Shown here one piece after another: positions 33,727 to 40,983 of a stretch of 64,000 bases of DNA. A program made the position numbers and the translations under genes. The notes below the pieces were generated by a model. The model worked only from the letters and a program-made list of their open reading frames with translations. It was not told where the DNA came from and ran no database searches. This stretch comes from Gammaproteobacteria bacterium (lineage in GTDB: Bacteria; Pseudomonadota; Gammaproteobacteria; Steroidobacterales; GCA-2729495), in assembly GCA_049290495.1 (NCBI GenBank), contig JBATNV010000318.1:4709-68708 (forward strand). The letters run 5' to 3'. How positions within the stretch are numbered: the first letter of the stretch is position 1; every line of letters begins with the position of its first letter.

Positions 33727-35100
33727 ATGTCAGCTCCCGCACTCGCAGCTCATCTCGCCTGTCCCCGCTGCGAGCAGTCACTCCGGCAATACCCGGACCG
33801 CAGCTGGGGCTGCGGTGCCTGTGGCCTCAACTTTCCCTCGCTGCTCGATGTGCCCTGCCTGTTTGCCGAGCCTGCGGCCACCTTGGCCGAATGGCGCGGG
33901 CGACTGCAGTTCACCCTCGAAAAGCTGGGCCATGAGGCCGTTGAGCTGCAGACCGAACTGCAAAACCCTCGACTGCGTCCACTGACCCGTGATCGCTTGA
34001 GCCTGCTCAACCGCGCAACTCTCGATCAGCTGAAACGGCTGCGCGAGCTGCTTTCACCGCTGGCGATCCACCAGGCACAGGCGGCACTCGCGACACATCT
34101 CGCCTTGCAGACGCGGCTGCCAGGCGACCAGGGGCTGACCACCTACTACCCGAATATTCATCGCGACTGGGCCTGGGGCGAGGCCGAGAACGAGGCGACG
34201 CTTCGGCTGGTTGGCGGCGCACTGCCGGGCCGGGAAACCATCGACAGCCTGCTGGTGCTGGGTTCTGGTGCGGGACGTCTCGCCTACGACCTGCATCAGG
34301 AATACGCGATCGGTGTCACGCTGGCGCTCGATTTTAATCCACTGCTCACACTGCTGGCACGGCGCGCCACCGCTGGTGAAGCCACCGAACTCTGGGAATT
34401 TCCGCTGGCGCCACGCACGCTGGCAGAACACGCCATCCTGCGCGAGCTGGTTGCACCGGAACCGGTACGTGCAGGTTTTCAGCTGCTGCTTGGCGATGCG
34501 CTGCGACCGCCGCTGACTGCCGCGAGCTTCGACGTGATCGTCACGCCATGGGTGGTCGACATCCTGCCGGAAGACTTCCGTGTGCTCGCCGCGCGAATCA
34601 ACAGCCTGCTGAAAACCGGCGGTCGCTGGATCTGTTTTGGCTCACTCAGCTTTGGCCAACCGCTGGCCAGCCAGCGCTACAGCCTCGAAGAAGCACTCGC
34701 CATCGTGATGGACAGCGGCTTTGCCGAACCGGATGTGCGCGAGGACGACATTCCTTATATGTGCTCTCCGGCCAGCCGGCATGGTCGACTGGAGACTGTC
34801 GTGACCATCGTCGCCGACAAGGAACGCAGCGTGGCGCTGCCACCCCGTCACCGCGCCCTGCCCGACTGGCTGGTCAACGGCACGCAACCGGTACCACTGC
34901 TGCCCGCTTTCGAACTGCAGGCCATGACCACCCGCATCTACTCATTCATCATGGGCATGATCGACGGCCGCCGTTCGATCCGTGACATGGCAAAGCTGCT
35001 CGTCGATCAGCGCCTGATGAGCCGCGAAGAAGCCGAGCCCGCGGTACGCAACTTCCTGATCAAGATGCACGAGGATAGCCAGCGCCCGCCCGGGCTTTGA
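33727..35100 (+). CDS. zinc-ribbon / SAM-dependent methyltransferase / PqqD-like (RRE) fusion protein
   Basis: N-terminus CPRC..CGAC (Trm112-like ribbon). LLVLGSGAGRLAYDL (SAM motif I). C-terminus ..IYSFIMGMIDGRRSIRDMAKLLVDQRLMSREEAEPAVRNFLIKMHE (PqqD pattern). Confidence 0.8.
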   Translation: MSAPALAAHLACPRCEQSLRQYPDRSWGCGACGLNFPSLLDVPCLFAEPAATLAEWRGRLQFTLEKLGHEAVELQTELQNPRLRPLTRDRLSLLNRATLDQLKRLRELLSPLAIHQAQAALATHLALQTRLPGDQGLTTYYPNIHRDWAWGEAENEATLRLVGGALPGRETIDSLLVLGSGAGRLAYDLHQEYAIGVTLALDFNPLLTLLARRATAGEATELWEFPLAPRTLAEHAILRELVAPEPVRAGFQLLLGDALRPPLTAASFDVIVTPWVVDILPEDFRVLAARINSLLKTGGRWICFGSLSFGQPLASQRYSLEEALAIVMDSGFAEPDVREDDIPYMCSPASRHGRLETVVTIVADKERSVALPPRHRALPDWLVNGTQPVPLLPAFELQAMTTRIYSFIMGMIDGRRSIRDMAKLLVDQRLMSREEAEPAVRNFLIKMHEDSQRPPGL

Positions 35101-35112
35101 CTTCACCCGACG

Positions 35113-36486
35113 TTAATCCGCTGCGCTGGCCATCAACGGCAAACGCAGTTGCACTTCGGCACCGCCGAGTCCCGAGCGCCTGATCTCGACGCTGCCGTGA
35201 TAGAGGCCGACGATTTCGCGTACCACGGCGAGGCCGATGCCCTGGCCGGGGACATCGCCACGCTGATCAGCGCGGATACCGCGGCCGAGAACCGAGCTGG
35301 CCTGATCATCGGGAATGCCCGGCCCGTCGTCGGCCACGGTGATCAGCAATGCGTCGCTTCCACCCATGCCAACCGTCACCACGACGCGGCCGGCACACCA
35401 CTTCCAGGCGTTGTCGAGCAGGTTACCGAAGATCTCGTAGAGATCGCCCGACTCAGCGGGATAGCTCACCCCATCCGGAAGCTGCAGTTCGCAATCAACG
35501 GTTTTGTCACGATGGATCTTGCGCAGACTGCTGACGATCTCGTCGAGCAGCGGCGCGAGTAGCACGGCGCGGGCGGCGAGGCTGCGTGGGCCGGACGCGG
35601 CAGCGCGCCGCAGCTGGTAATCGACCACGCCCTGCATGCGATCGATCTGTGCACGCAGTGTGTTGGCATCGGGCTGGCGGCCGGCGAGTTCCGTACGCAC
35701 GACGGCCAGCGGCGTTTTCAGGCTGTGAGCCAGGTCGTCCATGGTGGTGCGATAGCGATCCATGCGCTGTCGTTCGGAACCGAGCAGCGTGTTGAGCCGG
35801 CGCGTCACGCCTTCCAGCTCCCGTGGATAGTCGGCGCCGAAGGCTTCCTGCCGACCCGCTTCGATTGCGGATATTTCCTCCGACATGCGCCGCAGCGGCC
35901 GAAGTGCAAAGCGGATGGTCAGCCACAGCGCTGCGAGCAATACAAACATGACGCCGGAGAACCAGGCGAGCAGCTGTTGCCTGAAACGATCGAGCTGCGC
36001 TTCGTAGCCAGCCAGATCGGCAGCCGCAAACACCTGGAACGCCGGTGTCGCATCGGGTCCGAGTTCCCAGTTGATGCCGAGCCCGAACAGCAGCACCTCA
36101 CTGCCATCCGGCAACTGGCGTCGCTTGACTGCACGCTGGCCGGCTTTCAGCGTCGCGCCCGGCGCAAGCTCCAGGCCAACGGCTGATGGCGAACGCCACA
36201 GCGGCAGACCGGAGGCGTCGAGAATCTCGGCATAGAGCCCGGAACCCGGATTGCGCAGCCGCGGCTCGAGCAGACGCCTCGGCACAGTCAAGTCGCCAGT
36301 ATCGTCAGCTTCGGCCGCACCGATCAGTGCCAGCACCTGTAGCTCAAGCTGTTCAGTCAGCGCGGCTTCGGCGCTGCGTCTGAAGACTACGTCGAGCACG
36401 ACAATGGTGATAGCGAATGCTGCGATGAGCATCACCGCGGTAATCAACAGCAGCTTGCGACTCAGCGAAGCACGGCGGCGCGACAC
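35113..36486 (-). CDS. sensor histidine kinase (two TM, HAMP, HisKA, HATPase)
   Basis: ..DDLAHSLKTPLAVV.. H-box; ..GNLLDNAWKW.., ..DDGPGIP.., ..GQGIGLAVV.. Confidence 0.92.
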   Translation of the reverse strand: MSRRRASLSRKLLLITAVMLIAAFAITIVVLDVVFRRSAEAALTEQLELQVLALIGAAEADDTGDLTVPRRLLEPRLRNPGSGLYAEILDASGLPLWRSPSAVGLELAPGATLKAGQRAVKRRQLPDGSEVLLFGLGINWELGPDATPAFQVFAAADLAGYEAQLDRFRQQLLAWFSGVMFVLLAALWLTIRFALRPLRRMSEEISAIEAGRQEAFGADYPRELEGVTRRLNTLLGSERQRMDRYRTTMDDLAHSLKTPLAVVRTELAGRQPDANTLRAQIDRMQGVVDYQLRRAAASGPRSLAARAVLLAPLLDEIVSSLRKIHRDKTVDCELQLPDGVSYPAESGDLYEIFGNLLDNAWKWCAGRVVVTVGMGGSDALLITVADDGPGIPDDQASSVLGRGIRADQRGDVPGQGIGLAVVREIVGLYHGSVEIRRSGLGGAEVQLRLPLMASAAD

Positions 36487-36498
36487 GCGTGACCTGCC

Positions 36499-37182
36499 TC
36501 AGCCCGCTTCCGGCGCGCGCGGCATCCGGTAGCCCTGCCCGCGGATGGTTTCGATCAGGCCAAGCTTGCGCTCCGGATCGAGCTTGTTGCGCAGGCGGGT
36601 CAGCAGCACTTCGACCACATTGCTGTCGCGCCCCTCATCGTGGTCATAGAGTTGATCAGCCAGCTGCGCCTTGCTTACCACCTGGCCGGCACGCATGACC
36701 ATGATTTCAAGCAGCCGGTATTCGAAAGCCGTGAGCGTTACCACCTGCTCATCGACGCGCACTTCGCGGGCCTGCGTGTTCATGGCAATCGGACCGGCGC
36801 GCAGCACCGGTTGCGCGTGACCGGCGGCCCGGCGCAGCAAGGCATTGATGCGCGCCTTGAGCTCATCGATGTTGAAGGGCTTGACGACGTAATCGTCAGC
36901 ACCGGCATTCAGGCCATTGACCTTGTCCTGCCAGTGCTCGCGTGCGGTAAGGATCACAACCGGAAAGGAATGCTGCGCGGCACGCAGGCGCTTGATCAGT
37001 TCCACGCCGGAACGATCCGGCAAACCCAGATCGATGATGGCAAGCTGGACGGCAAATTCAGCCGCGAAGTACTCGGCTTCGCTCGCCGTTCCGGCCTCAT
37101 CAACAGTGAAATCAGCCGCGCGCAGCATCGCTGCCAGTGACTGGCGCAGCGCCGCATCATCTTCAACGATCAGCAGGCGCAT
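36499..37182 (-). CDS. OmpR/PhoP-family response regulator
   Basis: MRLLIVEDD..IIDLGLPDRSG..VKPF..; winged helix ..IETIRGQGYRM. Confidence 0.92.
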   Translation of the reverse strand: MRLLIVEDDAALRQSLAAMLRAADFTVDEAGTASEAEYFAAEFAVQLAIIDLGLPDRSGVELIKRLRAAQHSFPVVILTAREHWQDKVNGLNAGADDYVVKPFNIDELKARINALLRRAAGHAQPVLRAGPIAMNTQAREVRVDEQVVTLTAFEYRLLEIMVMRAGQVVSKAQLADQLYDHDEGRDSNVVEVLLTRLRNKLDPERKLGLIETIRGQGYRMPRAPEAG

Positions 37183-37192
37183 CTTTAAGCCC

Positions 37193-37516
37193 TCAGTACA
37201 TTTCACCGGTTATCGCATCAACCCGGTATTCGCGTACCCGGCCGTCGGCAGTCACTACGCGGATCCGGTACGTTACTTGTCCGTCCTTTTCACGACGGTC
37301 AGCGCGCACCACCTTGCCGCCAGTTCGTTCCCTGACCATCGCCACGGCAGCGTCCTTGCTGATCGCTACCTGCGGTGCAGCCGGCGCCTTTTCAGCGACC
37401 GCATGACCAGCGTCGGAAGACTTCGGCTTCCCGGCCACGGCCGGGCTGGCAGCCAGCAAGCCAGTCACCAGGATGACCAGCAGATTTTTCCGGACCAGAA
37501 ATAGCATATCGGGCAT
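37193..37516 (-). CDS. PepSY-domain secreted protein
   Basis: Signal peptide, then ..ISKDAAVAMVRERTGGKVVRADRREKDGQVTYRIRVVTADGRVREYRVDAITGEMY. ORF-track N-terminal extension rejected. Confidence 0.8.
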   Translation of the reverse strand: MPDMLFLVRKNLLVILVTGLLAASPAVAGKPKSSDAGHAVAEKAPAAPQVAISKDAAVAMVRERTGGKVVRADRREKDGQVTYRIRVVTADGRVREYRVDAITGEMY

Positions 37517-37538
37517 TGTCGAGGCTGATCCGGATACT

Positions 37539-37580
37539 GGCAATGGCAATGGCAATGGCAATGGCAATGGCAATGGCAAC
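37539..37580. repeat. hexanucleotide microsatellite (GGCAAT)6 plus GGCAAC
   Basis: Six perfect GGCAAT units (37539-37574) and one GGCAAC unit, in the divergent intergenic region between the PepSY operon and can. Confidence 0.95.
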
Positions 37581-37682
37581 AGAATGGACTGTTGCGCTGA
37601 ACCCGCACTGAACTTCCGCAGGCTGGCAATGGATCGATCGATCAGGCAACCTTGCCACGGGATCTCAATCTGCAGACCAGCC

Positions 37683-38318
37683 ATGCGCACTCTCGACAAG
37701 CTGTTTAAACAGAACCGCGACTGGGTCGCGGCAGTCCGCCGGGAAGATCCGCAGTTTTTTGCCCAGCTGGCCGAACAGCAGAACCCCGAATACCTGTGGA
37801 TCGGCTGTTCAGACAGCCGCGTCCCTGCCAACCAGGTCACCGGCCTGATGCCCGGCGAGGTCTTCGTCCACCGCAACGTTGCCAATGTGGTCGCACATGC
37901 CGACCTCAACTGCCTGTCGGTGATCCAGTTTGCCGTGGAAATACTCAAGATCAGGCACATCATCGTCTGCGGGCACTATGGCTGTGGTGGCATACGCGCC
38001 GCTTACGACGATCAGCGTCTCGGCCTCATCGACAACTGGCTGCGGCACGTGCAGGACGTGGCCATCAAGCATCGTGCTGCGCTTGACGAGTTCAGCGATG
38101 ATGAAGCGCGCCTCGACCGCCTGAGCGAACTCAACGTCATCGAGCAGGTCGCCAATGTGTGCCGCACCAATGTGCTGCGCGACGCCTGGGCCAGCGGCCA
38201 GCAAGTCACCGTACACGGCTGGATCTACAACATCACCGACGGACTGCTCATCGATCTCGACCTGTCGGCGTCCAGCAGCAAGGAAGTCCAGGAGATGCAG
38301 CGCCGCGCCACCGGCTGA
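37683..38318 (+). CDS. can: beta-class carbonic anhydrase
   Basis: Strong resemblance to E. coli Can: ..YLWIGCSDSRVPAN..GEVFVHRNVANVV..LNCLSVIQFAV..IIVCGHYGCGG.. Confidence 0.93.
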   Translation: MRTLDKLFKQNRDWVAAVRREDPQFFAQLAEQQNPEYLWIGCSDSRVPANQVTGLMPGEVFVHRNVANVVAHADLNCLSVIQFAVEILKIRHIIVCGHYGCGGIRAAYDDQRLGLIDNWLRHVQDVAIKHRAALDEFSDDEARLDRLSELNVIEQVANVCRTNVLRDAWASGQQVTVHGWIYNITDGLLIDLDLSASSSKEVQEMQRRATG

Positions 38319-38326
38319 AGAGCGCC

Positions 38327-39598
38327 ATGAGGAAGCAATCGCCGGTACGTTACGGCCCGCTCGGCGCGGTCAGTTTTGTACATCTCCTCAACGACATGAT
38401 GCAGTCGATAATCGTGGCTATCTATCCACTGCTCAAGGGCGAGTTTGATCTGAGCTTTTTCCAGATCGGCATAATCACCCTGACCTTCCAGCTGACCGCC
38501 TCGCTGTTGCAACCGGTGGTCGGGATGGTCACGGACAAGCATCCGCTACCGTACTCCCTGCCGATCGGCATGTGCTTCACGCTGATGGGCGTGCTGCTGT
38601 TGTCGGTGGCTGCGACCTATTCAGGCCTGTTGCTGGCTGTCGCGCTGATCGGTTGTGGCTCCTCGGTGTTTCATCCGGAATCCTCGCGTGTCGCGCGGAT
38701 GGCTTCGGGCGGAAGATACGGGCTGGCGCAGTCCGTGTTCCAGATCGGTGGCAACCTCGGCCAGGCCATGGGCCCGCTGCTTGCCGCCGGAATCGTGCTG
38801 AGCTTCGGGCGTGCGCATGTCGGCTGGTTCAGCCTGGCAGCACTGCTGGGAATCGTCATCCTGCTGCAGGTCAGCCGCTGGTACCGTCAGCACCTCAACG
38901 AACGCATCCGGAAAAACCTGCCAGCAGAGCGGCCGCAATATCCGGCACCCGTGGTGCGTCGCACGGTCGGCGTATTGATGGTATTGATGTTCTCGAAGTT
39001 TTTTTATCTGGCCAGCATCAGCAGTTACTACGAGTTCTACCTGATACATCATTTCGGCGTGTCGATGACGACCGCCACGCATTTGCTGGCTGTATTCCTG
39101 CTCGCCGTCGCCGTCGGCACCCTGATCGGCGGTCCAATCGGTGATCGTATCGGCCGCAAGCGGGTGATCTGGCTGTCAATTCTCGGCATCGCACCATTCA
39201 CCCTGCTGCTGCCACATGTCGATCTTGCGTGGACCGTTGGCCTAAGCGTGGTAATCGGCGTGGTGCTGGCATCGGCATTTCCGGCGATCATCGTTTATGC
39301 GCAAGACATGATGCCGCATCGTATCGGCATGGTGTCGGGCATGTTCTACGGTGTTTCGTTTGGTCTCGCCGGTTTGGGCGCGGCGGTACTCGGCGTCGTG
39401 GCAGATCACTTCGGTATCGTGTTTGTATACCAGTTGTGCGCCTTTCTGCCGCTGCTCGGCCTGCTTGCAGTATTGCTACCCGATATACGTCCGCCCGCGT
39501 CTGCCATCAGTCACCCGACAGGCAGTTCCGCAAGCGCTGCGACAGCTCAATCTCCGGCAGGCCCGCAGACTCCCAGGTACCACGAGCGCGCGCCATAA
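38327..39598 (+). CDS. fsr: MFS transporter, fosmidomycin-resistance (Fsr) family
   Basis: Near-colinear with remembered E. coli Fsr (..HLLNDMMQSIIVAIYPLL.., ..GSSVFHPESSRVARMASGGR.., ..FSKFFYLASISSYY..). Has a low-complexity tail of about 37 aa beyond the Fsr end. Confidence 0.88.
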   Translation: MRKQSPVRYGPLGAVSFVHLLNDMMQSIIVAIYPLLKGEFDLSFFQIGIITLTFQLTASLLQPVVGMVTDKHPLPYSLPIGMCFTLMGVLLLSVAATYSGLLLAVALIGCGSSVFHPESSRVARMASGGRYGLAQSVFQIGGNLGQAMGPLLAAGIVLSFGRAHVGWFSLAALLGIVILLQVSRWYRQHLNERIRKNLPAERPQYPAPVVRRTVGVLMVLMFSKFFYLASISSYYEFYLIHHFGVSMTTATHLLAVFLLAVAVGTLIGGPIGDRIGRKRVIWLSILGIAPFTLLLPHVDLAWTVGLSVVIGVVLASAFPAIIVYAQDMMPHRIGMVSGMFYGVSFGLAGLGAAVLGVVADHFGIVFVYQLCAFLPLLGLLAVLLPDIRPPASAISHPTGSSASAATAQSPAGPQTPRYHERAP

Positions 39599-40946
39599 GC
39601 GCGGCTGAAGGCAGTGAGATCGGCCCGGTGGCCAGGCTCCGCGTCGCATCGATGACCAGCTTGCTGCCGAGCTTGCGGCCCTGTGCATCGGGCGTGACGG
39701 CATGGTCCATCGCGGCAGGGAAGCCACCGAGAATCTGCACATCGCGCGCCGGGTCGACATGCGAGCTCATCACCCAGTCCAGCTCGGTCTGGTTACGGAT
39801 ATCGATGTCTTCATCAACGATAGTGATGCGCTTGAGCGACGTCGTCTGCGCCAGTAGCCGGCCAACGTCCTGCGCGTGGCCCGACCGGATTGGCCGCATG
39901 GCTACCACCAGATGTGCTGCCCCACCCCCGAACATCAGGTCTATCCAGCAGTCGCGCACCGTGCTCTCGCCGTGATCATGGCGTAGTGTCTTGAGGATAA
40001 GTCCGGCATTGGACAGGCTCTGCAGGGTGGTGCTTTCCGACGGAGGCATTTGACTGGCCAGACCATAGAATATGGCGTCGCGCCGATGGGTTATCGCCGT
40101 GATCCGCGCGACAGGCTTCGGCGCCACGTCGCTCATGTAGCCCGCTGATTCTCCAAACGGGCCCTCATCGGCCATTTCGCCCGGAAGCACCTCGCCCTCG
40201 ATGATGATCTCGGCATTGGCCGGCACCAGCAGGTCCGAGGTGCGGGCCCGCACGAGTTCCACGGGCGCGCCCTTGAGGCCGCCCGCCACCGAGACTTCGT
40301 CGACGCCCGGTGCCAGATTAGCGACAGCGGCGAAGTACACCGCCGGCTCTGCACCGATCACCCAGGCGATCGGTGCCGGGCGCCCCACATCCAGATCCGT
40401 ACTTGCCAGCATGTGACCCTGCCGGCCAGGGCTGAGATTTACCACGACGCTGTGAGGATCACGCACCATGGTTCGGTAGACGCCCATGTTCTGCACCCCG
40501 GTAACCGCGTGCCGGTTCACCACGCAGGTAGTGATATAGGGCGCGCGGTCACGGCCTGGCGTCCATACCGGTATCGGCAATATATCGAGCGCTGCACGTG
40601 CGTCAGTCAGGATCACTTCCTGGCAGCGAGCAGTCGCCACCCGGACGGGTGCGCGCGGCGCCAGCAGGGCGCGGACCCAGTGCTCGTTGATGTCTTCGGG
40701 TGCAACGCCGAGGGCGAGCGCGTAGCTGTCCACCGAGGCTCCGAGTGCTGCGGTGACCAGCGGAAAGTCTGATCCGCTGACCTGATCGAAGCGCAAGCCA
40801 AAGCGCTCTGCCATCGGCAGACCGTGATACATCCACTTCACCATGCAGCCGGGCTCCCAGCTGCAATCCACCGATCGCGCCACGCGCTTCAACAGGCCAC
40901 GCGCTTCAGCCAGCGCGAGGAATTCCCGCAAGTCATGTGCTGCCAT
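39507..40946 (-). CDS. UbiD-family (prFMN-dependent) decarboxylase/carboxylase
   Basis: 479 aa from the ATG at 40946; ..VWTPGRDRAPYIT.., ..NMGVYR.., ..EGEV..EGPFGE..GY.. Confidence 0.88.
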   Translation of the reverse strand: MAAHDLREFLALAEARGLLKRVARSVDCSWEPGCMVKWMYHGLPMAERFGLRFDQVSGSDFPLVTAALGASVDSYALALGVAPEDINEHWVRALLAPRAPVRVATARCQEVILTDARAALDILPIPVWTPGRDRAPYITTCVVNRHAVTGVQNMGVYRTMVRDPHSVVVNLSPGRQGHMLASTDLDVGRPAPIAWVIGAEPAVYFAAVANLAPGVDEVSVAGGLKGAPVELVRARTSDLLVPANAEIIIEGEVLPGEMADEGPFGESAGYMSDVAPKPVARITAITHRRDAIFYGLASQMPPSESTTLQSLSNAGLILKTLRHDHGESTVRDCWIDLMFGGGAAHLVVAMRPIRSGHAQDVGRLLAQTTSLKRITIVDEDIDIRNQTELDWVMSSHVDPARDVQILGGFPAAMDHAVTPDAQGRKLGSKLVIDATRSLATGPISLPSAALMARARGTWESAGLPEIELSQRLRNCLSGD

Positions 40947-40983
40947 CGATCGCCCTTTATGCTTGCAGTGCCGCCTTCGCGAC

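Noticed and set aside
37473-37963. ORF-track extensions translating the microsatellite as GNGNGNGNGNGN (plus), LPLPLPLPLP and AIAIAIAIA (minus)
   Set aside because: can has a clean ATG at 37683 that aligns with the E. coli Can N-terminus. The PepSY protein has its own ATG and signal peptide at 37516. The repeat region is therefore intergenic, not a coding dipeptide repeat.
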